This document shows positions 38,111 to 48,003 of a DNA stretch of 64,000 nt, one piece after another. The stretch lies in the NCBI GenBank assembly GCA_965221695.1, contig OZ244905.1, positions 2,841,862 to 2,905,861 of the forward strand, written 5' to 3'. Origin of the DNA: Gammaproteobacteria bacterium (GTDB taxonomy: Bacteria > Pseudomonadota > Gammaproteobacteria > Eutrophobiales > Eutrophobiaceae). Every line of letters begins with the position of its first letter. Within the stretch, counting starts at the first letter, position 1. The position numbers were made by a program, and so were the translations under genes. The notes under the pieces were generated by a model. The model was not told the DNA's origin and searched no databases. It was given only the letters and a program-made list of their open reading frames with translations.

Positions 38111-38267
38111 CCATCCCATTCCCGCGCAAACGGGCATCCAGTGAAACAAGGAGTCGCCCTACGGGCGACACAGCATTTGACTGGACTCCCGCTTTTGCGG
38201 GAGTGGTACGGTGGCGGTGTTCCCGGTAGCGCCCCCATCCCATTCCCGCGAAAGCGGGAATCCAGTC
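38111..38267. repeat. composite REP-like element, full unit
   Basis: Hairpins GTCGCCC-tacg-GGGCGAC, ACTCCCGC-tttt-GCGGGAGT and ATTCCCGC-gaaa-GCGGGAAT. The latter two are closed by GACTGG...CCAGTC. Preceded by an extra ATTCCCGCG-caaa-CGGGCAT hairpin. Confidence 0.8.
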
Positions 38268-38335
38268 AATCAATATCTTCCTTGTCATAAGATGTATTTT
38301 GACTAATATATGCCAGCTATGGAGGTGTCATCGAC

Positions 38336-39940
38336 TTGCTGAGTGATTTTTCAGACATGCCGGACGGGCAGCAGCTACACGCTGATGTCTGTATCATCGG
38401 CGCCGGTCCCGCCGGTGTCACCCTCGCTCGAAAGTTGGCAAAACACGGGCATACGGTGTGTTTGCTTGAGTCCGGCGGCGAAGACTTCGAGCAGCAAACC
38501 CAGTCATTGTATGCGGGTTCCAGCGTCGGCAGGCGCTATTATCCGCTGGAAGACTCCCGCCTCAGGTTTTTTGGCGGAACATTGCACATCTGGGGAGGGC
38601 GTTGCGCGCGGCTGGACGATATAGACTTTGAACCACGCGAGTGGGTCGCGCATAGCGGCTGGCCGATAAACGCCAGCGCACTGGCCGACTACTATCACCG
38701 CGCCCTCGACATGCTGGGTGTGGGCCGCGATCCCTGTGATGAGCGCCTCCTGCGCGAAATTGACCTGCAGAAACCGCCGTTCGACGAAAAACTGCTGACC
38801 ACCCGTTTCTGGCAGTTTGCTACGCGCGAGGAACCGTTCGCGCTCAGGCGCTGTGAAGACCTGGTCCGTTCTGAAAACGCGCAAGTCGTCTTGCATGCCA
38901 ACGCAACACATATCCAGGCCGACCCGAATGCAAGCAGGGTCAAACATATCCAAATCCGCGCGCTGGATGGCAAACAAGGCCGGGTCAGCGCCGCGTATTT
39001 CGTCGTTGCCTGTGGGGGAATTGAAAACCCCCGACTTTTGCTCAGTTCATTCGATGTGGAGGTGAACGGCATCGGCAATGGTTTCGATCAGGTTGGCCGT
39101 TATTTCATGGAACACCCGTGTTGCCGCGTGGGTCGCCTGGATACCGACCAGGCCTACGCATTATGGGCCGCGCTGCGTAAAAGGTATCCGGCGAACCGCG
39201 CGCCCATCGCGCCGGCGCTGGTCCCGACTGCCTCGTTACAGCGGGAAAAAGAGATACTCAACGCGGCGCTGACATTCAAGTTGCAAAGAGACCCCGGTCA
39301 AGGTGTCGCCGGCATGAACAAGCTCTATCAGCATATGAAGCACGAATTGGCGCCTGACCGAAAAGGGCGGCGTCTCTACTATGGATACCGTGATCTGCGA
39401 AACTGGTTCGACCGCAGCCTGCGGCCCGTTGGCGAGCGTGTGCGCGCGGCCTTGGGCACGACCAAGCTTTCCCTGATTTTGCGCGCTGAACAAGCGCCAA
39501 ATCCAGATAGCCGCGTCCGTTTGTCTAACCGTAAAGACAGCCTGGGCATGCCCTGCGCGGAGTTGGATTGGCGCCTGTCCGCCCAGGACAAGCACACCGT
39601 GTCGACGCTCGCCGATACACTGCAGTCGGAGTTTCAACGTCTCAGCATAGGCGTTTTGCACAAGAGCGACTGGTTGCAGGAACCGGCAGCGGAGTGGCCT
39701 GCCGATTTGACCGTGGGCAATCATCCGCTCGGCGGTTACCACCATATGGGAACGACGCGTATGAGCACGGATCCGAAAACAGGGGTCGTCGATGGCGATT
39801 GCAGAGTGCATAACCATCAGAACCTGTACGTGGCGGGCAGCTCAGTATTTCCCACCAGTGGTTGGGCGAACCCGACCCTGACGATCATCGCGCTGTCACT
39901 GCGCCTGGCAGACCATCTTGATGTCCGGTTGCGAAATTAG
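38336..39940 (+). CDS. GMC-family FAD-dependent oxidoreductase
   Basis: N-terminal DVCIIGAGPAGVTLA dinucleotide fold. C-terminal GMC block HHMGTTRMSTDPKTGVVDGDCRVHNHQNLYVAGSSVFPTSG. Start is TTG 38336 (GGAGG 10 nt upstream) or ATG 38357. Confidence 0.85.
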   Translation: MLSDFSDMPDGQQLHADVCIIGAGPAGVTLARKLAKHGHTVCLLESGGEDFEQQTQSLYAGSSVGRRYYPLEDSRLRFFGGTLHIWGGRCARLDDIDFEPREWVAHSGWPINASALADYYHRALDMLGVGRDPCDERLLREIDLQKPPFDEKLLTTRFWQFATREEPFALRRCEDLVRSENAQVVLHANATHIQADPNASRVKHIQIRALDGKQGRVSAAYFVVACGGIENPRLLLSSFDVEVNGIGNGFDQVGRYFMEHPCCRVGRLDTDQAYALWAALRKRYPANRAPIAPALVPTASLQREKEILNAALTFKLQRDPGQGVAGMNKLYQHMKHELAPDRKGRRLYYGYRDLRNWFDRSLRPVGERVRAALGTTKLSLILRAEQAPNPDSRVRLSNRKDSLGMPCAELDWRLSAQDKHTVSTLADTLQSEFQRLSIGVLHKSDWLQEPAAEWPADLTVGNHPLGGYHHMGTTRMSTDPKTGVVDGDCRVHNHQNLYVAGSSVFPTSGWANPTLTIIALSLRLADHLDVRLRN

Positions 39941-39972
39941 TAATCCTTCAATATGCTCTTGTCTGACAGCGC

Positions 39973-40004
39973 TTACCATTCCCCCGGCAACGGGAGTGGT
40001 ACGG
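39973..40004. repeat. REP-like hairpin (single, degenerate)
   Basis: TTACCATTCCCCCG-gcaa-CGGGAGTGGTACGG; same arm sequences as the composite family. Confidence 0.6.
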
Positions 40005-40119
40005 AGGCCTGGACCAACAGTTATATGCCGTCGTGGCGAGCAGGGCGCTGATCAATGGTTTTACAAGATAAGATGCGCGCCGTTATCCAAGCGGCAGTTG
40101 CATGAAAGGAGAGAAGTCA

Positions 40120-41319
40120 ATGACAATTTTTGCTCACGTCCTGGGTGACACATCCATCAAAATCTGGGGATTAACATCTCGCCAGCGACTGCGCAGGCAG
40201 TTCAGGCAGCTAAAAAATGTTACACCGGTAGACGATTTGAATGCGCTGCCCCGCGCCGGGTCAGTTCTCCTGGCGCGGGCCGGTTATCTCACGGAAACAC
40301 GCGCGCTGAAGCTGTTGTTGGATCGGCCAGGCGTCATGTTGCGTTGCCCCGTAGACGAACAACTTGCCGCGGCGTTTGTGCCGTGCTCACAATCTAAGCA
40401 GGCCATTGAAGCGCTGAACAATAACGGATCTGACGCGCCGGCCCATTTCGATATAGTAGAGCCGGAAAATCTGGGCGATTACGACGCTACCCTGCGTCGC
40501 GCCGCGCCACCCTTGTTGGAGCCTCTATCCGAAGACAATCTGCAAAGCCTTGAAGACAAACTGTATGGAAGTTCCTATAAGGGCATCACCGATCTGGTTA
40601 CCAAATGGTTGTGGCCGCGCCCGGCCCGGGTGGGCGTACGCATCTGCGCAAACGCCGGGATCACGCCGAATATGGTGACCCTGACAGGCGTCGCGCTGAT
40701 GCTGGCGGCCTGTGTCTTGTTTTATAATGGTTACTTCGCTGCCGGCTTGGTCATCGGTTGGTTTATGACTTATCTGGATACTGTTGACGGCAAACTTGCT
40801 CGGGTAACTGTACAATCAAGCAAGTTGGGACACGCGCTTGACCACGGCATGGACATCATCCATCCGCCGTTCTGGTATGTGCTATGGGGTATGGCTCTGG
40901 TTGAATTGCCGGCGCTGTTCGGTATGGACAGAGTTGATATGTATTGGCTGATCTTGCTTGGTTATATTCTGGGACGGATTGCAGAACAGAGCTTTTATTT
41001 ATTCGGCAATACCAGCATGTTTGCCTGGAGACCATTTGACGCGTGGTTTCGATTGATTACCGCGCGCCGAAACCCCTGTCTTATCATCTTGACTCTAGCC
41101 TGCCTGTTTGGCCGTCCCGACTGGGGATTTATCGGCATTACCCTGTGGACCGTAGTTACCACAGCGGTATTACTGTTGCGCTTGCTCCAGGGCGCCATAA
41201 CGCGGGCGCGCTACGGACCGCTGCGTTCGTGGCTGGCCGATCGGGAGACGGCCGCCGCGCAATACCCCAGGACCTACCATACCTTTGAGACTACGCGCGC
41301 CGCTTACAGGTCCGGATAG
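40120..41319 (+). CDS. CDP-alcohol phosphatidyltransferase family protein with ~170-aa N-terminal soluble extension
   Basis: The motif DTVDGKLARVTVQSSKLGHALDHGMD fits D-x2-DG-x2-AR-x8-G-x3-D-x3-D. Multiple TM helices in the C-terminal half. ATG 40120 is preceded by AAAGGAGAG; there is an alternative ATG at 40102. Confidence 0.8.
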   Translation: MTIFAHVLGDTSIKIWGLTSRQRLRRQFRQLKNVTPVDDLNALPRAGSVLLARAGYLTETRALKLLLDRPGVMLRCPVDEQLAAAFVPCSQSKQAIEALNNNGSDAPAHFDIVEPENLGDYDATLRRAAPPLLEPLSEDNLQSLEDKLYGSSYKGITDLVTKWLWPRPARVGVRICANAGITPNMVTLTGVALMLAACVLFYNGYFAAGLVIGWFMTYLDTVDGKLARVTVQSSKLGHALDHGMDIIHPPFWYVLWGMALVELPALFGMDRVDMYWLILLGYILGRIAEQSFYLFGNTSMFAWRPFDAWFRLITARRNPCLIILTLACLFGRPDWGFIGITLWTVVTTAVLLLRLLQGAITRARYGPLRSWLADRETAAAQYPRTYHTFETTRAAYRSG

Positions 41320-41345
41320 CGGGCGTGTTTTGTTAAACTACGTTC

Positions 41346-42209
41346 ATGCAAGAGATCATCGCCATCATTTTCGATTTTGACGACACCCTGGCGCCGGAAA
41401 GCACCTCCGGTTACCTGGCTCGTTGCGGTATTGACGCGCCGGGTTTCTGGGACGAAGAGGTGCGCCCACTGATAGAGGCCGGCGATGCGAGCGACGAGTG
41501 GGACCCGATACCCGCATATCTCTACAAGATGATTGAGAAATCCAACGGCGGGGAGATTGAACCCATTACCCGGGATAGTTTGGCCGATTGGGGCAAGGAG
41601 CTGCCTTTGTACCCTGGTGTTGAAACCATATTCGATCGTTTGCGCAAAGTGGCCGCCGTGGCGAATCCTCGTGTGATGCTGGAGTTCTACCTGATCAGTT
41701 CCGGCATCGGCGAGATAGTGCGAAATACCCCCATTGCCCACGAATTCAAGGCTATCTGGGCATCGGATTTTGCTTACGATGACGCGGGACGCATTACATT
41801 TCCGCGCAAGATGATCAGTTTTACCGACAAGACCCGTTATATTTTTCATATTCAGAAGGGCTTTTTCGGCCCAGATTATGTAGGCAAGCCCTTCGAGGTA
41901 AACCGCAAGGTGGACTCTGACCGGCTCAGGGTGCCGATGAAGCAGATGATCTTCGTCGGAGATGGATTTACCGACGTGCCTTGTTTTTCTCTTATACAAC
42001 AAAACGGTGGCATTGTCTTCGGCGTATTTGGCGACCTGAAAAACCCCGAGCAGCGTAGCAGGGCCTGGGGCTTCGCAGAGCAGGGACGCGTCTTCAACAT
42101 GGTGCAAGCCGACTATGCCGAAAACTCTCATCTGACGAATTTCCTCACCATGGCAGTGGAGCAACTGGCAAAACGTATTTCGCTTGCCGGTCACACTTTC
42201 CAGGGTTGA
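41346..42209 (+). CDS. HAD-superfamily hydrolase (phosphatase-like)
   Basis: HAD motifs I IFDFDDTL, II LISSG, III DKTRY (Lys), IV FVGDGFTDV. Confidence 0.75.
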   Translation: MQEIIAIIFDFDDTLAPESTSGYLARCGIDAPGFWDEEVRPLIEAGDASDEWDPIPAYLYKMIEKSNGGEIEPITRDSLADWGKELPLYPGVETIFDRLRKVAAVANPRVMLEFYLISSGIGEIVRNTPIAHEFKAIWASDFAYDDAGRITFPRKMISFTDKTRYIFHIQKGFFGPDYVGKPFEVNRKVDSDRLRVPMKQMIFVGDGFTDVPCFSLIQQNGGIVFGVFGDLKNPEQRSRAWGFAEQGRVFNMVQADYAENSHLTNFLTMAVEQLAKRISLAGHTFQG

Positions 42210-42216
42210 AGTGAAA

Positions 42217-42317
42217 GAGTCGCCCTTCGGGCGACACAGCATTTGACTGGACTCCCGCTTCTCAGCCTGCCCCTGTATGGCGTTGAGCAGGGGCAGGCTG
42301 GGAAGCGGGAATCCAGT
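42217..42317. repeat. composite REP-like element with nested hairpin
   Basis: GAGTCGCCC-ttcg-GGGCGACAC, then ACTGGACTCCCGCTTC...GAAGCGGGAATCCAGT enclosing CAGCCTGCCCCTG-tatggcgttgag-CAGGGGCAGGCTG. Confidence 0.8.
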
Positions 42318-42332
42318 AGACAACAAAACTCC

Positions 42333-44396
42333 TTAATGCGCGCGCAAAGACTCTTGCAACGCCTCCAGGTCCGAAACCGGTTCCTGGCAGACAAAGCCGG
42401 CGCAGACAAATGCCGTAGCGGGCGCGTCGGTCTGCTTCTCACGGATCAGCGCCGGCAGGTCCGGCGCATCGGCAGGAATGGCAAATACCAGGGAACGCAC
42501 ATCCAGCAACGGGTCGATCTGTTGCCGCCATTCGGTGATCACCTCCTCCTCACCGCGCAGGATGATTGTCCGCCCGGGGTTATCGTATTCCATCAGCGCT
42601 TGCAGTAGCGCGGCGCAGGTGTGCGGCGCCTGTTGCAGCAGGCCCCACGCGCATTTCAGGGTCTGTTCCGCAGCGTCCAGGTAGTCTTGGCGCCCGGTCA
42701 GGCGCCCCAGCACGAGCAGTGACCGGGCGGCTACGCCGTTGCCGGAAGGCAGCGAGTCGTCGGTGAAGTCCTTGCGCCGTTGCAGCAGGGTCTCATGGTC
42801 GTGGGAAGTAAAAAAGAAACCACCTTCGTCCTGGTCGAAAAACTGCTCAAGCAGCGTATCAGCCAGTTGCATGGCAAGACCCAGCCACTTACAGGACCAG
42901 TTGCAGGCAAGCAGGTGGATAATGGCGTCGATGAGAAAAGCATAGTCGTCCAGGTACGCATTCAGGTGCGCCCTGCCGTCCTTGTACGTGGCCGCGAGCC
43001 GTTTCCCATCCCACAGGTTGGCATGGATGAACGCAAGGCAGCGCAATGCAGACTGGTAATAGTCGGGTTCCTGCAGGCGCATGGACGCCATGCTCATGCC
43101 TTTGATCATCAGCGCGTTCCAGGATGTAAGGACCTTGTCATCGCGGCCGGGCCGAACCCGCTGTTCCCGTTCCGCGAACAGTTTCTCCCTGGCGCGGTCC
43201 AGGTTTTGCGTTATCTCTTCCAGATCCCGGCCCGACCGGCGCGCGATCTCCTCCGGGGTTTGCGCCACGTACAGGTGCCAGCGGCCTTCAAAGTTGTCGG
43301 GCCGATCCAGGCCGGCGTAGGCCGTGAAGTCATCGAACTCTGAATCGGTCAGCAGCCGGTGCGCTTCACCGGGCTCCCAGGTGTAGAACTTCCCCTCCTC
43401 ACCTTCGGAATCGGCGTCCAGGGAAGAGTAGTAGCCGCCTTCCTCGGATTGCATCTCGCGCATTACCCATGCGGCCGTCCCCCGGGCGACCTGCCGGAAC
43501 AGCCCGCGCCGGCTGCTGCGCCAGGCATTGGCGTACAGCCCCAACAGCGGCCCGTTGTCGTACAGCATTTTTTCAAAATGCGGGATACGCCAACGCGCAT
43601 CGACCGAATAGCGGCAGAAGCCGCCGCCGACCTGGTCGTAAATACCACCCTGGGCCATCTTCTCCAGGGTGAAATACGCGATGTCCCGGGAACCGCCGTC
43701 ACCGTTCAGCGCATGCCGGCTGAGCAACAGATCGATATTGACCGGGTGGGGAAACTTGGGCGCTCCCCCGAACCCGCCGTCGCGCGAGTCGAAGGCGCGC
43801 GCCAGCATGTCCACGCACTGTGTCACCGGGCTGCTGTCGAGACCGGCATCCTCAGCGGACGGTTCATGCTTTTGGGTCTGCTCCAGGGCCTGCATAAATG
43901 CGCTGTTCTGCTCGACCAGGGCTTGACGGTCTTCCTGGTAAGCCTGGTGCACCCTGGCCAGCAGGTATTTGAAGCTCGGCAGACCATGGCGCGATTCCGG
44001 CGGGAAGTAGGTGCCGCCGAAGAACGGCGTATGGTCATCGGGCATCAGGAACATGGTCAGCGGCCAGCCCCCCGTGCGGCCTGACAGCAATTGCTGCGCG
44101 GTCTGGTAGATCTTGTCGATATCGGGCCGTTCCTCCCGGTCCACCTTGATGTTGATGAACCAGCGGTTCATCAGCGCCGCGGTCTCCTCGTCCTCGAAGG
44201 ACTCGTGCGCCATTACATGGCACCAGTGGCAAGCCGAATAGCCGATGGACAGCAGGATGGGTTTTCCCTCTTGCCGCGCAAGCGCCAGGGTTTCCTCGTT
44301 CCAGGGATACCAGACAACCGGGTTGTGTGCGTGTTGCAACAGGTAAGGACTGGTCTCGCCGGCAAGCGCGTTAGGCGGGGAGGATTGATCGCTCAT
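42333..44396 (-). CDS. thioredoxin-domain (DUF255/YyaL-like) protein
   Basis: ATG at 44396 ([32 protein letters not shown]). [13 protein letters not shown] motif. The long C-terminal part looks alpha/alpha-toroid-like. The track ORF start at 44483 would overlap the tRNA. Confidence 0.85.
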   Translation of the reverse strand: MSDQSSPPNALAGETSPYLLQHAHNPVVWYPWNEETLALARQEGKPILLSIGYSACHWCHVMAHESFEDEETAALMNRWFINIKVDREERPDIDKIYQTAQQLLSGRTGGWPLTMFLMPDDHTPFFGGTYFPPESRHGLPSFKYLLARVHQAYQEDRQALVEQNSAFMQALEQTQKHEPSAEDAGLDSSPVTQCVDMLARAFDSRDGGFGGAPKFPHPVNIDLLLSRHALNGDGGSRDIAYFTLEKMAQGGIYDQVGGGFCRYSVDARWRIPHFEKMLYDNGPLLGLYANAWRSSRRGLFRQVARGTAAWVMREMQSEEGGYYSSLDADSEGEEGKFYTWEPGEAHRLLTDSEFDDFTAYAGLDRPDNFEGRWHLYVAQTPEEIARRSGRDLEEITQNLDRAREKLFAEREQRVRPGRDDKVLTSWNALMIKGMSMASMRLQEPDYYQSALRCLAFIHANLWDGKRLAATYKDGRAHLNAYLDDYAFLIDAIIHLLACNWSCKWLGLAMQLADTLLEQFFDQDEGGFFFTSHDHETLLQRRKDFTDDSLPSGNGVAARSLLVLGRLTGRQDYLDAAEQTLKCAWGLLQQAPHTCAALLQALMEYDNPGRTIILRGEEEVITEWRQQIDPLLDVRSLVFAIPADAPDLPALIREKQTDAPATAFVCAGFVCQEPVSDLEALQESLRAH

Positions 44397-44432
44397 GCAG
44401 AGATTATCCGTTATAATGAAACCGTTATCCAG

Positions 44433-44509
44433 GCGCCTGTAGCTCAGTTGGATAGAGTGCTGCCCTCCGAAGGCAGAAGTCACAGGTTCGAATCCTGTCA
44501 GGCGCGCCA
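44433..44509 (+). tRNA. tRNA-Arg (anticodon CCG)
   Basis: Manual cloverleaf: acceptor GCGCCTG/CAGGCGC, D arm GCTC-AGTTGGATA-GAGT, anticodon stem CTGCC/GGCAG with loop CT-CCG-AA, variable AAGTC, T arm ACAGG-TTCGAAT-CCTGT, discriminator G, encoded CCA. 77 nt. Confidence 0.9.
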
Positions 44510-44596
44510 GTTCCAGGCCGAGGTCCGGCCATAGGTAATACTATTGAGCGCATATTGGTTATTCCAAAAGACGGCTTCAGGAAAGATAATATATAG

Positions 44597-44623
44597 GGAA
44601 GCTCTGATTTCATCAGAGGTTTC
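44597..44623. repeat. palindrome of the GGAAnCTCTGA/TCAGAGnTTCC family
   Basis: GGAAGCTCTGA-tttca-TCAGAGGTTTC, between tRNA-Arg and lgt. Confidence 0.5.
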
Positions 44624-44656
44624 ATAGGTAATTGAACTTTCTGTGCTGCGACTGTC

Positions 44657-45439
44657 ATGCTGACATTCCCGAATATTGATCCCGTTGCCGTCGACCTGGG
44701 GTTCCTGCAGATCCGCTGGTACGGGATCAGTTATATCGCCGGCATCCTGGGGGCCTGGGCGCTGTTGCATTACCGGGCTAAGACCGGGCGTTTTGGGTGG
44801 ACTGCCGAACAGGTCGGTGACCTGATGTTTTACGGCATCCTGGGCGTCATCATCGGCGGCCGGCTCGGGTCGGCGCTGTTCTACAACCTGCCCTATTACC
44901 TGGACAACCCGCTAGACATAGTCAAAATCTGGCAGGGCGGCATGTCGTTCCACGGCGGGCTGCTGGGGGTCATCGCGGCCTGCTGGTTGTACGGACGCAA
45001 GATCAACAAGACCTTCTTCGAAGTCACTGATTTCCTGGCGCCGGTCGTCCCCATCGGCCTGTTCACCGGCCGCCTGGGCAATTTTATCAATGCGGAACTG
45101 TGGGGCAAACCGTCAGACCTGCCCTGGGCAATGGTGTTCCCGGGCGCCGGACCGCTGCCGCGCCACCCGACACAACTCTATGAAGCATTCCTGGAAGGGC
45201 TGTGCCTGTTCATCATCCTCTGGTGGTTCTCCGCCCGTCCGCGCCCGCTGATGGCCGTCTCCGGGCTGTTCCTGCTGGGCTACGGCCTGTTTCGTTTTGC
45301 GGTGGAATTCCTGCGCGAGCCGGATGCCCACCTGGGTTATCTTGGTTTCGGCTGGCTTACGATGGGGCAGGTATTGTCCTTTCCGATGATCCTTATTGGT
45401 GTGCTATTGTGTGCCGTGGCGCACGGCAGGTTCAGGTGA
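44657..45439 (+). CDS. lgt: prolipoprotein diacylglyceryl transferase
   Basis: 260 aa; [25 protein letters not shown]-terminus and the [13 protein letters not shown] block. Confidence 0.9.
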   Translation: MLTFPNIDPVAVDLGFLQIRWYGISYIAGILGAWALLHYRAKTGRFGWTAEQVGDLMFYGILGVIIGGRLGSALFYNLPYYLDNPLDIVKIWQGGMSFHGGLLGVIAACWLYGRKINKTFFEVTDFLAPVVPIGLFTGRLGNFINAELWGKPSDLPWAMVFPGAGPLPRHPTQLYEAFLEGLCLFIILWWFSARPRPLMAVSGLFLLGYGLFRFAVEFLREPDAHLGYLGFGWLTMGQVLSFPMILIGVLLCAVAHGRFR

Positions 45440-45522
45440 GTCTGATTTGATATGTCAGTACAAACTTACCTGTGCCATTGTTGTGCACGCGGAAATTCGC
45501 GCTGCGTAGATGACGCACCGGA

Positions 45523-45566
45523 ACCATTCCCGCGTGCACGGGAATGGTACGGGGCGCAGGCGACAC
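45523..45566. repeat. REP-like hairpin
   Basis: ACCATTCCCG-cgtgca-CGGGAATGGT followed by ACGGGGCGCAGGCGACAC, a half of the GTCGCC hairpin. Confidence 0.6.
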
Positions 45567-45595
45567 ATTATCATTGAGTTGAAATAAAGCCCGGC

Positions 45596-46390
45596 ATGAA
45601 ACAATACCTGGACCTGTTGCGCCATGTACGCGATGAAGGCGCTCGGAAATCCGACCGCACCGGCACCGGTACACTCAGTGTCTTTGGCTACCAGATGCGC
45701 TTCGACCTGAGTCAGTCATTCCCGGCGCTCACTACCAAAAAACTGCATTTCAAATCCATCATCCACGAACTGTTGTGGTTTTTGCAGGGAGAATCGAACA
45801 TTCGTTACCTGCGCGAGCACGGCGTCACCATCTGGGATGAGTGGGCCGATGAACAAGGAGAGTTGGGACCGGTCTACGGCGTGCAGTGGCGCGCTTGGCG
45901 CACGGCGGATGGCGCGGTCATAGACCAGGTTGCCGATGTGGTCGACCAGATCAAGGCCAACCCTGACTCGCGGCGGCTTATTGTCAGCGCCTGGAACCCG
46001 GGCCAGATCGGCAAAATGGCCCTGGCGCCCTGCCACGCCTTTTTCCAGTTCTACGTGAACAACGGCGCGCTGTCCTGCCAGATGTACCAGCGCAGCGCAG
46101 ACATCTTCCTGGGAGTGCCGTTTAACATCGCCTCCTACTCACTGCTCACCCTGATGATGGCCCAGGTCACCGGCCTGAAGCCGAGCGAATTCGTCCACAC
46201 CCTGGGCGACGCCCACCTGTACCTGAACCACCTGGAGCAGGCAGATGAGCAGTTGACCCGGGAACCCTTACCGCCGCCGCAGATGCGGCTAAACCCCGAT
46301 GTCAAGGATATTTTCGGCTTCCGCTACGAGGATTTTGAACTGGTCGGCTACGAGGCACACCCATCCATCCCGGCGCCTATCGCGGTTTGA
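45596..46390 (+). CDS. thyA: thymidylate synthase
   Basis: 264 aa; [11 protein letters not shown]...[12 protein letters not shown]...[12 protein letters not shown] canonical ThyA blocks. Confidence 0.95.
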   Translation: MKQYLDLLRHVRDEGARKSDRTGTGTLSVFGYQMRFDLSQSFPALTTKKLHFKSIIHELLWFLQGESNIRYLREHGVTIWDEWADEQGELGPVYGVQWRAWRTADGAVIDQVADVVDQIKANPDSRRLIVSAWNPGQIGKMALAPCHAFFQFYVNNGALSCQMYQRSADIFLGVPFNIASYSLLTLMMAQVTGLKPSEFVHTLGDAHLYLNHLEQADEQLTREPLPPPQMRLNPDVKDIFGFRYEDFELVGYEAHPSIPAPIAV

Positions 46391-46435
46391 TCCCTCCACG
46401 GAACTCCTTAAATCGTCACCATATTCTGAAGGCTG

Positions 46436-46936
46436 ATGATCATCTCACTCATTGTCGCCATGGACCGTCGGGGCGTCATCGGCGCCGACGGCGCCTTGCC
46501 CTGGCGCCTGTCCGATGACCTGAAACGGTTCAAGGCCATCACTATGGGAAAACCGCTGATCATGGGTCGGAAGACCCACGAATCCATCGGCCGGCCGCTG
46601 CCCGAGCGCCGCAACATCATCCTCACCCGGCAACAGGAGTATACAGCCGAGGGTTGCATCGTGTGCGATAACGCAGAGGAGGCGCTGGCAGCCTGCGCCG
46701 GCTATGAAGAGGTGATGGTCATGGGCGGCGCGACATTGTACGAATTGTTTCTGCCGCGCGCCGGGCGCATCTACCTGACCCGGGTGCAGGCGGAAGTCGA
46801 TGGCGATACCTGGTTCCCGCCGTTCGACGAGAGCGCCTGGAACGTGGTTGAACGCCGGGACTATCCGGCAGACGCAAACAACGAATACGCGTGCAGTTTT
46901 CAGGTACTGGAAAAAACCGGGGCTGTTATGTGCTAA
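46436..46936 (+). CDS. folA: dihydrofolate reductase
   Basis: 166 aa; MIISLIVAMDRRGVIG...LPWRLSDDLKRFKAITMGKPLIMGRKT. Confidence 0.9.
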   Translation: MIISLIVAMDRRGVIGADGALPWRLSDDLKRFKAITMGKPLIMGRKTHESIGRPLPERRNIILTRQQEYTAEGCIVCDNAEEALAACAGYEEVMVMGGATLYELFLPRAGRIYLTRVQAEVDGDTWFPPFDESAWNVVERRDYPADANNEYACSFQVLEKTGAVMC

Positions 46937-47050
46937 CTTGCAAGCGCTCTGTCGGAAAAGCTTTGGCGTAAAGCCCACCAGGCTGGCGCCGCACTCGGCT
47001 ATATCCAGATGCTTCGTGTTACCGCTTGCCTGCAAGTTCAAACTCGGTGT

Positions 47051-47872
47051 CTAACCTTGCCTGGACGGCGCCACGAAATAATGCCCGTCCTCCAGACGCA
47101 TCGCCATCAGTTCACCGCCCCAGACACAGCCCATGTCCAGCGGAAACACGTTGAAGCGTTTGTAGTCCTGGCGGTAATCCCTGAGTGCGGCCCAGTGCCC
47201 GAAAATGATCTTATCCGCCAGGGTCTTCCTGCCGGCGACCTCGAACCAGGGTTGTGCGTCTTGGGCGTCGGGTACGCCTTTCTCGCTCAGGTTCAGCACA
47301 CCGTCCTGACTGCAGAAGCGGATACGGGTCAGGCAATTGGTGATGTAGCGCAGCCGATCCCAGCCGCTCAGGTCCGCCGACCAGCAATCCGGTTGGTTGC
47401 CGTACATATTGGCGAAGTAATCCCGGTAATGCGGTCCCCGTAACGCTTGTTCCACCTCCGCGGCGTAGTCCAGCGCCTGGTCGAGCCGCCATTGCGGCGG
47501 CAGGCCGGCATGCACCATGGTGTAGCCGGTTTGCTCGTCGTGATGCATCAATGGCAGCCGCCGTAACCAGTGCAGCAGTTCGGCGCAATCATCCGCTCCC
47601 AGGATGTCATCGAGGGTATCGCCGGCATGCTGGTACTGGGGCTGGCCGTTGCCGATCGCCAGCAGGTGCAATTCGTGATTGCCGAGCACGGTAACCGCCG
47701 CATCCCCCAGGCTCTTCACGAAACGCAGGCACGCCAGTGATTGCGGGCCGCGGTTGACCAGGTCGCCGGTGAACCAGAGCCGATCCTGCGCCGGGTCGAA
47801 CCGGATCATTTTCAGCAGTTCCTCAAGTTCGTCGAAACAACCTTGCAGATCGCCAATGGCAAAAGTAGCCAT
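47051..47872 (-). CDS. apaH: bis(5'-nucleosyl)-tetraphosphatase, symmetrical
   Basis: 273 aa; MATFAIGDLQGCFDELEELL...FTGDLVNRGPQS...GNHELHLL. Confidence 0.9.
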   Translation of the reverse strand: MATFAIGDLQGCFDELEELLKMIRFDPAQDRLWFTGDLVNRGPQSLACLRFVKSLGDAAVTVLGNHELHLLAIGNGQPQYQHAGDTLDDILGADDCAELLHWLRRLPLMHHDEQTGYTMVHAGLPPQWRLDQALDYAAEVEQALRGPHYRDYFANMYGNQPDCWSADLSGWDRLRYITNCLTRIRFCSQDGVLNLSEKGVPDAQDAQPWFEVAGRKTLADKIIFGHWAALRDYRQDYKRFNVFPLDMGCVWGGELMAMRLEDGHYFVAPSRQG

Positions 47873-48003
47873 GGGTTTACCGTCCGCGCAACGCGAAGTT
47901 GCGAAAGGGCATAGTTCTCTTTCCCGTTAATATTGACATGTTCAGAGCTTCCTTAACTGGAAAGAGAACCAGCGTGCCCGACAACGAACGAACTGGTTGC
48001 AGA

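Noticed and set aside
41304-42326. 340-aa minus-strand ORF opposite the HAD hydrolase gene
   Set aside because: The plus-strand product shows all four HAD motifs in the correct order. The minus-strand ORF runs through REP repeats at its 5' end and has no recognisable features.
44510-44656. Genomic island integrated at tRNA-Arg
   Set aside because: Only 147 bp separate the tRNA from lgt. There is no integrase, no direct repeat of the tRNA 3' end, and the flanking genes are housekeeping.
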